A stretch of DNA of 64,000 nt from an uncultured delta proteobacterium (GCA_963803435.1 CAWDML010000009.1:1120001-1184000), one strand, 5' to 3'; shown: positions 20,194 through 31,443, counted from the stretch's first letter. The notes: a model not told the origin generated them from the letters alone. Translations and numbers: made by a program.

Positions 20194-20296
20194 CGGCGAC
20201 GTGAAGTGGGTGCAGATCCCGACTCTGCATGGTCGTCGTCTGTAGGCATCGATCGATCGCGGCTCAGCGATCGATCCGCTAAAGACGACGCCCGGA

Positions 20297-23160
20297 TCAT
20301 CGCGCAGCGGACGCGCCGTCGATCCGGATCGGCGTGCCGTCCCGGGACACGATGCGTCCGCGGGAGCCGATGGTGAGGGCCTCCGCGTCGATCGCGAGTT
20401 GCCAGCGACCGGCGGAGCGGGGCAGCGCAACGACCGTCCCGTCGATCGAGCCGCCCAGGAAGCGCTGACCGCTCGGCACGAAGCGCGTCGCGCCTGCCGG
20501 CACGTCGAGCCGATCTCGTACGCGAACCGCGATCGAGGCGGTCGAGCCGTCGAGCGCGGCGATCACGACGGTGTCGCCGGGTGTCTGGCCGGTGAGAGAG
20601 AGGCCATCGACGCGGACGATCGTGGGATCGAGCGAGGTCAACTCGACTTGCAGGCTGACGTCGGTGGAGGCGCCTGCCTCGAAGCGGACGACGGCGAGCC
20701 CGGTCGTGCTCGAACCGGCGAGTGAGGAGAGCAGCAGCGGTCCGTCACGGAACGCGAGCGCGCCGTCGAGGACCCCCGCGCCCAGCGTCGCCCTGAGCGC
20801 GGCGGTGCTCGGCGAGATCCCGCGTCCTTCACCGGCGAGCGCGGTCACGGCGTTCGCGGTGGGGACGGAGCGCGCGCTCGGCGGCGAGTCGAAGCGGTAG
20901 CCGCCGGGGAGCGTGCCGGAGGGCGTCGCCAAGAAGCAGTCGTTCACCACGGTGACGTCAGCCGGACCGGGCGCGTAGCTTCCCGCCGGGATGCGGCCGC
21001 GGGCCGCGGTGGCCGAGTCGACCTGCTGATTCGACAGCGGGATGCCGGCAATCTCAATCGAGGCGGTGGGTGCGAAGCCGCTCCCGTAGATGCGAACGTC
21101 GGTATCGCCGACCGTCGGTCCTTCGCTCGGGACGGCCGCGGCCACCGACGGCGCCCCGCAGAGCGTGACCGTGACGGCCGCGGTCGTGCTGGTCCCTCCC
21201 GAGTCCACCGCCAGGGCACCGAGCCCGATCTGCACGCCGAGCAACGGGGGCGCCGCGTCGACCAGCAGATCGAAGGTGACCGTCGCGGTGGCGGCCTGGA
21301 CGGCCCGCGTCGCGGTAGCGACGCCGGCGACGTCGATCGAGGCGGGGCCGATGACCGTCATCGTCAAGGACGCGACGTCCTGGTTCTGGTCCGCCGCCTC
21401 GACCACGATCGGCACCGTCTCTCCGGGCAGCACGACCGCGCCCGGACGCGGGCTCACAATCTGGAGCGCGGGCGGCGCAAGATCCACGATCGGCACGTCG
21501 ACGCTGCTGGAGGCGCGGTTCCCGGCGGCGTCCTCCGCATCCACGACGATCCGAAGCGCCGCCGCCCCCGCGCTGAAGCGGAGCGATCGCGGGATGGGGA
21601 TCTCGATCGGTAGCGCACGCGGGACCCGATCGGCGCAGGCGGCGCTGGGAAAGAGCGCGCTCGACGATAGCAGCGGATCGGGGAGCGACACGCCGATCGG
21701 CGAGACGGTCACGGTCGCGGAGTGCACCGGCGTCTGACCGTCCTCGATCACCACGTCGGCCAAGAGCGTCCCCCCCGGCTCGATCCCTCCCCCCGAGACG
21801 ATCGTGTTGACCGAGATCCGAGGTGCGATCGCGTCGGTCCCGGCGAGCGCCAGGGTGGCGCCGTTGGAGACCAGCCCGGCTCGATCGATCAGCTCCACCC
21901 GCGCCACCACCGGCTCCCAAACACAGACGGCCTCGGGGGCGTCGATCGAGACCAGACCTGCCAGCGCGCGCTGGCCGACGGCGGTGGTGGCGGTGATCCC
22001 GCCGAAGTCCACGCGGAGCAGGTCGATCAGCCCACAGACCTCGTCTCCGAAGATCGTCAGGTCGAGCGGCGCGCCGGGCGCAAAGGGACCGGACGCCTGG
22101 GCGAGGGCCAGCACCGGCGGCGCGGTGTCGACCACCTCCCGCGAAAACGAGGCGGTCGCCCGATTCCCCAGCGTGTCCTCGGCCTCGGCGTCGAACGCCA
22201 TCGGGACGCCCGGCGGTCCGGGCACCGGCGCGGTGGCGGTGACCACCAGCGAAAGGGGATGGATCCGATCCGGGCCGAAGGCCCTGCCGACGAAGCCGGC
22301 GCCGCGCACGGTCACATGCTCGACGCCTCCGGCGTCATCCGTCGCGAGGACGCCGATGGCGGCCGTGACCCCGCACTCGAGCGGGCCCGGCTCGGTGGGC
22401 GCGAGCTGGGGCGGCGTCTCGTCCACGCCGCCGTCGCCGATCCGGATGCGGAGTGTCCGCGAGACCACGTTGGGCGTGCGGGCGGCGTCCGACGCCGACA
22501 CCCCGATCTCGAAGTCCCCGTGGGCCGGCGGCGCGAACACCACGTCGAAGTTGGTCGCGGCCGCCGGTGGCCCCGCGTGCGCCCGCGGCCCGCCGAGCGC
22601 GCGCGGCGCGTCGAATCGCGATCTTGGCGATCCCGCCCACCGGATCCGCGGCGTGGACCGAGAGCGTGAGCGGGGCCCCGGGCGGAAAGGCGGCGTCGAA
22701 GCCCGCCGGCGGCGGCAGCCCCGGCGAGAACGAGACATCAATCGTCGGGACGGTCCCATCGACGACGGCCACCCGCACCCCGCGCGGCCTCCCCGTGTGC
22801 AGGTAGCCTTCGAGACGCGCCTCGGGCGTGACCACCACCTCGAGCGGGATCAGAATCCGGACCGAGGTGACCGTCGCCGGGGACGGTGATCATCTCGTCG
22901 ATCTGCGCCTCCGCACCCGACACCTCAATCCGGCGCACCTCGTCGATGGCGCCCCGGAGCAGCACGTCGACCGCGGTGAGCGTCCCCTCGGGCGCGATCG
23001 CCGTCGCGCGCAGATGGAACGGCTGATCGAACGCGACGCCTTGGCCGTCCGCCGGCGTCGTCAGCGTGATCTCGGGGAGCGTCCGCGGAGGCTCGATCTC
23101 GGCGCGTTCGCAGGCGGCGAGGGCGAGCAGAACCACAAGGGTGGCGCCGGAGGAGCGCAC
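20297..23160 (-). CDS. Large Ig-like/IPT-TIG repeat lipoprotein; frameshifts at ~22880 and ~22615
   Basis: MRSSGATLVVLLALAAC lipobox; DxxPP...DxxGN Ig repeats; PSEGPTVGDTDVRIYGSGF IPT motif; three ORF segments join after single-base corrections. Confidence 0.7.
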
Positions 23161-23172
23161 CGTCGTTGCACT

Positions 23173-23784
23173 CTAGTTGGACACCGAGAAGAGCTCTAGC
23201 CCGACACCGGCGGCGCCCCGATCCCTGAGCGTCCCCCGGAAGCGCTGCGGCAGGCCGAGCAGCGGCCGGCAGACCTGCGCGCACTCGCTCCCGCTGCACT
23301 CGGGCGGCGGTGTGAAGCACTCGCCGCCCAAGAGGGAGACCCGACCGCCCACGGTCACGGTGGCCGTACAGGTGTTGCAGCAGGGCATGTCCTGGGGGCA
23401 CGTCCGGTCCGTACAGTCGAGCGCGGTGCGGGTGGCGGTTCCGGTGATCTCCACGATCATCCCGGCCCAGGTCGAGATCTGGTCCACCGCCTCGGTCGCG
23501 GTCAGCACCGCCACGGCCGGCTCGCTGCAGCGATCGCCCGCGTCCGGCGCGGCGTCCCTGGCGTCGGCCCCGCCGTCCGTCGAGCTGTCGACGCGCCCCG
23601 AGTCGCCGACGTCTCCGGACGAGGTGGCGTCCGCCTCGGCGTCGGTCGGAGAGTCCGGGATCGATCCGTCTCCGACGATCACGTTGCCGTCGAACGTGTC
23701 GTCCGGGGGCCCGCCGCCGCAGTCGCAGCCCGACACGACCAGCGCGCCCAGCAGCAGGCTAAGGAGTGAGGACCGTGCCGCCAT
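23173..23784 (-). CDS. Small Cys-rich lipoprotein with acidic low-complexity linker
   Basis: Lipobox SGCDC; D/A/G-rich linker; CTDRTCPQDMPCCNTC...CSGSECAQVC domain. Confidence 0.75.
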   Translation of the reverse strand: MAARSSLLSLLLGALVVSGCDCGGGPPDDTFDGNVIVGDGSIPDSPTDAEADATSSGDVGDSGRVDSSTDGGADARDAAPDAGDRCSEPAVAVLTATEAVDQISTWAGMIVEITGTATRTALDCTDRTCPQDMPCCNTCTATVTVGGRVSLLGGECFTPPPECSGSECAQVCRPLLGLPQRFRGTLRDRGAAGVGLELFSVSN

Positions 23785-25730
23785 CCGAGTTCACGAACGC
23801 GACGAACTGCTCCCGCGCGTGCTGGGGAGAGTCGTTGCCCAAGAGGCAGGAGAAGATGAAGAAGTCGTCGCAGTTCCCCAGGTGCTGGCTGACCCGGCTC
23901 GCCGGGATCGGGACGCCCTGGGTCAGCCGCTGCCGGGCGCTCACCGGCACCCAGGTGCCTCCGTTGGGGTGGTTGAGGAGCAGCCGCCTCGCTTCACCCC
24001 CCACGGCCAGCTTGTCCTTCACCAGCGGCCCGATCGTCTCGATCGCGACGGAGCGCAGGAAGCCGGCCTCGAGGCGGGCCAGGTACTCCTCGGCCCGCGC
24101 CGCGCCAATCCCCTCCGGGAGCGTGGCCACGAACGAGCTCTTCAAGGGTTCGGGTCCGCCGAGGATGAGCTCCTGGAATCCGGTCCCGCCCGAGGGCACC
24201 TGCACCGTCTTGGGGGCGATCTCGCTGAACGCGACGGCCATCAGCGCCGCCAGCGACGCGTCTCCCTGCGCCACCACGTGGAGATGGTTCGGATCGGGGC
24301 TGAGACCCTGGCTGAGGAACGCGTTCGAGTCCCTCAGCGTCTTGTACACGTGGAGGATCTCGATCGCGGCGGCGATCTGGGTGTCGCGCAGGGCGCGGGC
24401 GTCGCCGGGGAAGAAGTACTGGCCGCTCGCGTCCGGGACGCCGTCGGGTCCGACCAGCTCCATGTTGTTGTTGTTGGGCAACGCGTCGGCGAGGGCAGCG
24501 ATCTCGGTCTCCGTCCGGCCGTCCGCACAGACCCCGCTCGCGTCCGGCGCGCGATCGCCTTCGCATCGCAGATCGATCGCCAGCACCGCGGCCTTCGGGG
24601 TCCCCGCCATCTCGTTCGCGAGGGCCCGCACGTCCAGCTTCGAGCGCCCGAAGCCCGGGACGTACAAGACCACCCCGTACGGCGGTGGGGATCGCGGGAT
24701 GGTGATGATGAACGGAACCTCGATCTCGCGCACCACCTGCGGGAAGTTGTCCCGCTGCCGCAGGTCGTCGCCGAGGACCTGAGGCACGGTGATGGTGCCC
24801 CGGCGGTAGCTCATGATCGACTGGTACGCGATCGCCGGGAGCCCCGGATAGAGCTCGGCCGGATCCCGATCCCCACCGCCCTCCGTGGTGACCTTGAACG
24901 GATATCGCCCCTGGCGCACGGCCGCCTGGTAGGCGGCGAAGATCTTCGACGTCCGCTCCAGCGGGTTCGGCACCGTGGTGAACATCTGGATCGACGTGAT
25001 CTTTTCCGCCGGGATCGGCGGCGACGCCTTCGCCAAGAGCGACACGATCGGGGCCAGCGAGAGGCGCGCCCGCTCCAGCCGCTCCGCGCCGGTCGCGTCG
25101 AGCCCTTCGATGGCGCCGGCCGCGATCGGCGTCTTACCGACGAGCAGCGTCGTCGGCGGCGCCGCGGCCACCGGCTTCTGCGGTCGCTCGCCGTCCTTGA
25201 TCGCGCTGGTGGCCACGACGACGTAGGCGTGTCCGACCTCCAGCGGGATGGCGGGCTGAACGCGGATCGCGTCGTCGAAGCTGGCCGACACCGAGACCAC
25301 CTCGAAGTCCGCCGCCGCGGTGGCGCCCACCGTCGCCTTCAGCATCACGAGCGGCGGGAGCGATCCGCCGGCGCCGCCCTCGAGCGCGAACGTCACGGTC
25401 GAGCTGAGCGTGGCGCCGTCGAGGCTCCCGTCGATCGGGAGCACGATGTCCGAGTTGACCGGGACGCCCTCGTCGAGCTGGGCGAAGAACAGCGCCTTTT
25501 CGAATCGGGTCCGAGGGCCCCGGGCACCCCGAGAGCTCGCTCTTGCCGTCCTCACCGCGGAAGAGGTCCGTCGGCGTGGGCACGCCGGCGGTGCAGACAT
25601 CCGTGGTGTCGAAGAGGAAGTGGGTGACCTTCGGCGGGGGCGGCGGCATGTCATCGGACTCGCCGCCGCCGCTGCATCCAGAGAGGAGGGCGACCGTGAG
25701 CCCAAGTGTGAGCGCTTGCGTTCGTCCCAT
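23759..25730 (-). CDS. VolA/Pla-1-like lipoprotein (Ig-like plus alpha/beta-hydrolase fold), probably catalytically inactive; frameshift at ~25503
   Basis: MGRTQ..LLSGC lipobox; GVPTPTD N-terminal motif; paralogous to 27075..30347 but AQGDA replaces GQSLG. Confidence 0.72.
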
Positions 25731-25749
25731 CGTCACCCTCCTCGTTCCG

Positions 25750-27057
25750 CTATAACCGGACTCCGGCGGACAGCGCCACCAGATGAATCGAAGTGCCGCC
25801 GTACGAGCCCGGCGCAAAGTTGAGGTTGGCCTCTGCGACCTCGCGCTTCAACACCCAGAGGAACATGTAACTGGCGTCGACATAGAACACGCCCATGTCG
25901 AAGCCGAGGCCGGCCGTCGCAATGATGCGCGAGCCGTCGGGGAGCGTCGGATCGAGCGTATCGATCGGAACCGGCGTCACGTCGTACGCCACGCCCAGGC
26001 GGAGCGGGATCGAGAAGTCGCCCAGCGCGAGCCGGTACTCACCGCCCAGCCGGATCAACGGCGAGGCCTTCCAGTTGCGCGGAGCGGCCTGGCTCGGCGT
26101 CGGCCGGCCTGTGTCGAAGTTGATCCGCAGCTCGTCGAAGCTCCCCCACAGCGTCAGCTGCGCCGAAGCCTCCACCACCCAGTCGTGCTCCTGCCAGCCG
26201 ATGCCGAACAGGAAGGTATGGGGCAGGGTGACGTCGGCGTTCGCCGTCTGGTCCGGGAACTGGGCGCGGATCTCCGCGGGTGCGTCCGACGGCAGATCGA
26301 AGTTCGCGTCCCCGCTGAAGCTGAGGTCGACCGCCGAGCGGAACGCGAGCCCGAGCTTCAGGTTGTCGAGCAGCGTCACCTGCACACCGGCGTTGGCGCC
26401 CACACCGAAGGCGCTGGCCGACAGCTCGACCGTCCCTTCCTTCGCGTAGACCGAGGTGGGGAAGAGGACCTGGCCGTTGTCGGACGCGCCCAGGACCCGC
26501 TTCAGATACACGGTCGACGGCACCAGCGAGACGCCGACCGCCACCGAGACCCAGTCGGCGAGCTTCAGCGCAATCGTCGGCGTCATGAAGTAGGTCCTGA
26601 GCTCAATCTCCTGGATCACCGTCCGGCCCGGGAACTGGTCGGGCTCGTCCCAGGCCAGCTTGAGGCCGTACGGCAGATAGAAGCCGAAGCCCACGTAGGC
26701 CTTCGACGAGAGCGCCCGCGACACGTACGCGTTCGGGACGAACACCGGCGCCGAGCTGGCGTCCCACTCCTTCGACTCGCCCGTGGCGTTCGCCGAGGGG
26801 ATGCCGACCCCGTCATACTTCCCCTCCGGCACGATCATCGTGATGCCGACGAGGAACTGCGTCCCTTCGACGTTCGCCAACCCGGCCGGGTTGTGCCAGA
26901 TCGCCGACGGATCGTTGACCGTAGCCACCACCGAGCTGGCGCGTCCCATGGCCGCCGCCGAGTGCTCGTTGATCTGGAAACCTGCGGCCGACGCGGTCGC
27001 GGTCGAGCCGACGAGGCCCAGCACGCAGGCTACCTTGCAAACCTTGTTCATCCACAT
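25750..27057 (-). CDS. fadL: OmpP1/FadL family outer-membrane lipid/fatty-acid transporter
   Basis: AGFQINEHSAAAMGRA..AIWHNPAG hatch motif; PYGL, RLGVAYDVTP and LPD motifs. Confidence 0.92.
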   Translation of the reverse strand: MWMNKVCKVACVLGLVGSTATASAAGFQINEHSAAAMGRASSVVATVNDPSAIWHNPAGLANVEGTQFLVGITMIVPEGKYDGVGIPSANATGESKEWDASSAPVFVPNAYVSRALSSKAYVGFGFYLPYGLKLAWDEPDQFPGRTVIQEIELRTYFMTPTIALKLADWVSVAVGVSLVPSTVYLKRVLGASDNGQVLFPTSVYAKEGTVELSASAFGVGANAGVQVTLLDNLKLGLAFRSAVDLSFSGDANFDLPSDAPAEIRAQFPDQTANADVTLPHTFLFGIGWQEHDWVVEASAQLTLWGSFDELRINFDTGRPTPSQAAPRNWKASPLIRLGGEYRLALGDFSIPLRLGVAYDVTPVPIDTLDPTLPDGSRIIATAGLGFDMGVFYVDASYMFLWVLKREVAEANLNFAPGSYGGTSIHLVALSAGVRL

Positions 27058-27074
27058 GACGTCGCCCTACTCCC

Positions 27075-30000
27075 CTATGGGCACGGAATGCCCGACACCT
27101 GACCGGGCCGCTTCGGCGGCACGACCGTTCCGCTCGACTCGAGGAAACCTGCTGCCTGGATCTGCGCTCCTGCCGTGTTGCACAGGATGTCGGGCAGGTT
27201 CGGCGTGCCGTCCTCGTTGAAGGCGCCGCACGTCGGCGCCAGCAAGAATCCGTGGCAGCCCGAGCCCATGGTCGCCTGCGGCAGTCCGGTGAAGTCGTAG
27301 ATCGCGAAGTGGGTGTCGTTGCTGGTGAACGGGTCCGTAGTGAGATCGAGGTCGAAGTCGTACGCCAGGCCCAGGAGCAGCGACGAGCTGTTCGGCACCA
27401 CCGGATCCGGCCGCGACATCTGCATCAGGATGTTCTCCGGACCGAGCGGCGGGATCGTCACGGTCCCCCCCGGCGTCACGAGCGACCGGTCGTAGAGCGT
27501 GCCGATCGAGGTGCCCAGCGGATCGCCCGGGTCGAGCACCCACTGCGCGATGAGGAGGAACTGCCGGAAGTCCTGCGTCGGCTGGCACCCCGAGGCCGGG
27601 TTGCCCTCGACGTTGAACTCGCAGACGCCCGCCTGCGCCAGCGCCGCATAGAGCGGCGCCGAGATCTGCGGCACCGTGTTCAGCACGACGTTGGTCAGGC
27701 TGCCGCCACCGACGTTGAGGACCACCGCCTGCACCTCGTCGGGCCGGACGTAGGCCGCGAAGTTGCCGCCGGCAATCCCGCCCAGCGACTGGCCGATGTA
27801 GCCGACGCGCGTGCCGTCCAGATCGGGCAGGAGCCCGCCGGCGCGACCCTCGGTCTGAAGTGTGCGGAGCACCGTCAGCTGATCGATCGTCCCCTGGCGG
27901 AAGTTGTCGCGGACCCCGAAGAGGTTCGGCGACAAGAGGCCGGTGGCGGACGGATCCTGGAGGCCGTCGCAGCCGCCCTGGCACATCCCGGTCTGGGGAT
28001 CGCAGGCCACCAGCGCCGGGTCGACATCGGGCACCCCGTTTTGATCCACGCAGGGCGCGCCCGTCATGTTGTTGATCAGGTCCGAGGCCCGGTCACCGTG
28101 GAATGGGAAGTCGATCATCACCGTGGCCCAGCCGTCGCCCGTGTTGGCCAGCGTGTTCGCGATGAGGAACCCGTTCTCCTTCTCCTGGCCGAGGCCGTGC
28201 TGGAAGATCGCCACCGGGTACCCGTTGGCGGGCATGGGATTGGCCGACGTGATCACCCAGAAGGGCAGGTCGATCACCTCCGGCTGCATGATCGTGGCCG
28301 GCGTGAACGTGCCTGCGGCGAACGGCGAGCCCACGGTGGCCCGATAGCCCTTCATCAGGTAGAGCCGCGCCTCTGCCAGGTTGCCCACGATGACCTGATG
28401 CGCGAGCTGGCAGACCAAGTTGCCGGGGACGCCCGGGTTGACGCTGGTGATGTTGCCTTCGGCATCCCGCGTGGCGCAGTCGGCCGGCATGATGTCCGGC
28501 AGCATCGCGCCGGCCTCGCAGAAGCCGACACAGAAGTTGGGCACCACCCCGATGAGCGCGGCGATGCTGGCGGTGCCCACGACGTCGATGATCGGGCCGA
28601 CCACGCGCGGGGTGCCGTCGAGCTGCTCCCAGACGTTCGGGAGCAGGACGTTCTTCACCGCGTCGACGGTCTCGGTGATCGTCTGCGTCTTGTAGAGGAA
28701 CGCCATCAAGAGCTCGGATCGGGTGATGCCGGTGGTGCCGGTGGTGATCGCCTCGACGCTCTGGGTCCAGCGGGGATGATTCGCCTGGGTCTCGAGCTGC
28801 ATCGCCAGCCCCTGCACCGTCGTCGGATCCGCGAGGGCCCCGGTGGTCTCGACCGTCGAGCACTGGAAGGCCTGCTCGGCCTTCGGCGGGATCGGGTTGC
28901 TGGTGAACGGCTGATCGACGTCTCGCAGGATCTGAAACGTGCTCGCCGCGACCACCGGGATGCCGTCCTCGTCCAGGATGCCGCTGGTCACCGCGACCAC
29001 GTACATCTGATCCTGCAGCAGCGGCATGAGCGGACGCAGGGTCACGGTGGGCGGGCCGAAGCTGCTCGACGCGGTGTACGTGAGCGTCAGCGGAACGAGG
29101 TCCGGATCCGCCACGCCCTCATCGTCGACGAGGTGCATCTCGATGTGGTCCGCCAGCGTCGACTCGTCCAGGTTCCGCGTGAAGGTGATCGCGATGGGCG
29201 CGGTGTTGGAGAAGCCGTCCAGCGTGTTGAGGCCGCGCTTGAGCGCCGCCGCGGTGGGCGAGTCGGCCGGGTCGGGCGGCAGGTAGACCATGATGCCGCC
29301 GCCGGTCGAGGTGCGGGTCATCAGCGGCAGGTTGGGGAACGGGAACTTGTTGTTGGCCGGATCGAACTCGAGCTCGGTCTCGCCTCCGGTGGTCCACTCG
29401 TTGAGGAAGACCGCGTCCTTCCGGTTGGCCAGGACCCCCTCCACCGTCAGCTTGTCGCCGATGCCGGTGAAGAACTGGAAGAGCTGGCGGAGCTGAAGCC
29501 CGTAGCCGGTCAGGACCTGCTCGAACTTCGTCTTCTCCTCACCCTCGAGCTGCGTGACCTCCTTGCCGCCGAAGTCGAGGACGCCGTCGCCGTTGCCGTC
29601 GTAGGTGGTGAGGATCGTGGTCTCGACCTGGCTGCGGAGGAGCGCCGAGGTGATCTCGCCGTCCGCGGTGACCGGGGCGACGTCCGTCCCCACGTTCAGC
29701 AGCGAGAACAGCGCCGAGGGCTCGACGCGATGGCCGTCCGCGTCCCGCAGACCCCCGGCGTCGGTGCTCTCGACCGCCAGGAAGTACTTCGTGCGGGCCA
29801 TGAGCGGCTCCGTCGGCACCAGCACCACCTGGATGCCGGGCGGGATGTCCGCCATGGTGTAGCGGGTCGCGCCCGACGGCGTCCGCTCGCAGGCGGAGGG
29901 CGGGCGCGGCCGCTCCATGATCGGCATGCTCGGGTCGGCGAAGGTCAGCCCGATCTTGCGCAGGTGGCCGTCCGCCTGCAGCCCGTACAGCGACACGCCC

Positions 30001-30347
30001 GACATCACCGAGGCGGTGTCGACGTTGCCCGAGAAGTAGAGCGTGATCGGCGTGCTGAGCGGCCATCCCTGCACGAACTGGAGGCACTGCTTGGTCGACG
30101 GGAGCTCGCAGGGGTCCGGCGCGACCATGTCCTGGTTCAGCGTGCCGTCCGGATTCTCCGCCAGGCCCGTCGGCGAGGGTACCAGCTGCAGCACATCGAC
30201 CGGGTTCGACGGGTCGAACTGCGCGACCACGGCGCCGAGGTTGTCGGGGCTCGGGGGGTTGGGATCCAGCTCGATATCCCGTGCACACCCAGCGCCGGTG
30301 GTGAGGCCGAGGACCAGACATGAACGGATCAGGCGACGCCTGAACAT
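27075..30347 (-). CDS. VolA/Pla-1-family surface lipase/phospholipase lipoprotein with two Ig-like modules
   Basis: Strong GGAGGA SD; lipobox GAGC; FPFPN..LNTLDGFS; QHGLG, DFPFHG, RDNFRQ, GQSLG, DPVVPN and CHGFLL motifs. Confidence 0.82.
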   Translation of the reverse strand: MFRRRLIRSCLVLGLTTGAGCARDIELDPNPPSPDNLGAVVAQFDPSNPVDVLQLVPSPTGLAENPDGTLNQDMVAPDPCELPSTKQCLQFVQGWPLSTPITLYFSGNVDTASVMSGVSLYGLQADGHLRKIGLTFADPSMPIMERPRPPSACERTPSGATRYTMADIPPGIQVVLVPTEPLMARTKYFLAVESTDAGGLRDADGHRVEPSALFSLLNVGTDVAPVTADGEITSALLRSQVETTILTTYDGNGDGVLDFGGKEVTQLEGEEKTKFEQVLTGYGLQLRQLFQFFTGIGDKLTVEGVLANRKDAVFLNEWTTGGETELEFDPANNKFPFPNLPLMTRTSTGGGIMVYLPPDPADSPTAAALKRGLNTLDGFSNTAPIAITFTRNLDESTLADHIEMHLVDDEGVADPDLVPLTLTYTASSSFGPPTVTLRPLMPLLQDQMYVVAVTSGILDEDGIPVVAASTFQILRDVDQPFTSNPIPPKAEQAFQCSTVETTGALADPTTVQGLAMQLETQANHPRWTQSVEAITTGTTGITRSELLMAFLYKTQTITETVDAVKNVLLPNVWEQLDGTPRVVGPIIDVVGTASIAALIGVVPNFCVGFCEAGAMLPDIMPADCATRDAEGNITSVNPGVPGNLVCQLAHQVIVGNLAEARLYLMKGYRATVGSPFAAGTFTPATIMQPEVIDLPFWVITSANPMPANGYPVAIFQHGLGQEKENGFLIANTLANTGDGWATVMIDFPFHGDRASDLINNMTGAPCVDQNGVPDVDPALVACDPQTGMCQGGCDGLQDPSATGLLSPNLFGVRDNFRQGTIDQLTVLRTLQTEGRAGGLLPDLDGTRVGYIGQSLGGIAGGNFAAYVRPDEVQAVVLNVGGGSLTNVVLNTVPQISAPLYAALAQAGVCEFNVEGNPASGCQPTQDFRQFLLIAQWVLDPGDPLGTSIGTLYDRSLVTPGGTVTIPPLGPENILMQMSRPDPVVPNSSSLLLGLAYDFDLDLTTDPFTSNDTHFAIYDFTGLPQATMGSGCHGFLLAPTCGAFNEDGTPNLPDILCNTAGAQIQAAGFLESSGTVVPPKRPGQVSGIPCP

Positions 30348-30525
30348 AAGGTTTCCTCCTCCACAAATCCGCCCGCGAGAAGGGGCGAGTCGGCCCGCGG
30401 GTAACACAAAAGTTGCGTCTTGTGACAGCGATTTTGCATCTCGGGGGCGCCGGACGCTCCGGTGAGGCTACCGCCGGCCGCCCGCGGCGGGCGCGTTTTC
30501 AAGCAGGGCGTGATAGGTGTCGCCC

Positions 30526-31443
30526 ATGGAGACGCGCGGGCGCGCAGCGCATCAGTTCTTTCTCCAGATCCAGCAAGAGATCACGGATCGCCTGGCCGCG
30601 ATCGGGGGCAATCCGTTTCGGGTCGACGAGTGGACGCGCGACGAGGGCGGCGGCGGCCGATCCATGATCCTGCTCGACGGCACCACCTTCGAGAAGGGCG
30701 GTGTCAACGTATCTTGCGTGCATGGAGAGCTTTCGGAGGCGTTCGCCAAGGACCTCCCCGGGGAGGGCCGGCGCTTCTTCGCCACTGGGATCAGCCTGGT
30801 CATCCACCCACGAAACCCACACGTCCCGACGGTTCACGCGAACTTCCGCTACCTCGAGAAAGGCACCGACGCCGCCTGGTTCGGCGGCGGATCGGACCTC
30901 ACCCCCTGGATCCTCTACGACGAGGACGCCGTCCATTTCCACCGGGTCTGGCGCTCGGTCTGTGATCGCCATCCAGTCGCAAATTACGCGCGCTTCAAGG
31001 AGTGGTGCGACGAGTACTTCTTTCTCCCCCACCGCGGTGAGCGCCGCGGGATCGGCGGGATCTTCTTCGACTACCTCGGGCTCGCGGGCTCGAAGATCGG
31101 CACGCCCGCGGATCTCGATCAGGTCTTCGCCTTCGTGAAGGACGCCGCCGCCGGCTTTCTCGACGCGTACGTCCCGATCGTGGAGCGCAGGCGTGCGGCG
31201 GCCTGGACGGAGGATCAGCGCCTCTGGCAGCTCACGCGCCGGGGCCGCTACGTCGAGTTCAACCTGGTCTACGACCGGGGGACGATCTTCGGGCTGAAGA
31301 CCAATGGCCGGGTGGAGTCGATCCTGATGTCGCTGCCCAGCCTGGTGCGCTGGGGCTACGACGAGCACCCGGCCCCCGGCACGGAGCAGGCCCGGCTCGT
31401 CGGGATCCTCGAGAAGCCGCGCGACTGGCTCGGCGATGGATGA
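30526..31443 (+). CDS. hemF: Oxygen-dependent coproporphyrinogen III oxidase
   Basis: FEKGGVNVS, HPRNPHVPTVHANFRY, GIGGIFFD and RRGRYVEFNLVYDRGT. Confidence 0.96.
   Translation: METRGRAAHQFFLQIQQEITDRLAAIGGNPFRVDEWTRDEGGGGRSMILLDGTTFEKGGVNVSCVHGELSEAFAKDLPGEGRRFFATGISLVIHPRNPHVPTVHANFRYLEKGTDAAWFGGGSDLTPWILYDEDAVHFHRVWRSVCDRHPVANYARFKEWCDEYFFLPHRGERRGIGGIFFDYLGLAGSKIGTPADLDQVFAFVKDAAAGFLDAYVPIVERRRAAAWTEDQRLWQLTRRGRYVEFNLVYDRGTIFGLKTNGRVESILMSLPSLVRWGYDEHPAPGTEQARLVGILEKPRDWLGDG

Noticed and set aside
20194-20297. Possible further frameshifted extension of the Ig/IPT lipoprotein C-terminus
   Set aside because: The alternative frame gives no convincing domain continuation and runs into the convergent dsbD gene
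27252-30323. Very long antisense ORFs (also 44740..47853, 39752..42448, 23177..25627, 11497..13572)
   Set aside because: Shadow ORFs produced by high-GC codon bias opposite well-supported genes; no recognisable motifs
9154-30347. Local surface proteins as MYXO-CTERM substrates of the myxosortase-like protease
   Set aside because: None ends in a Cys motif, TM helix and Arg cluster; they carry N-terminal lipoboxes instead
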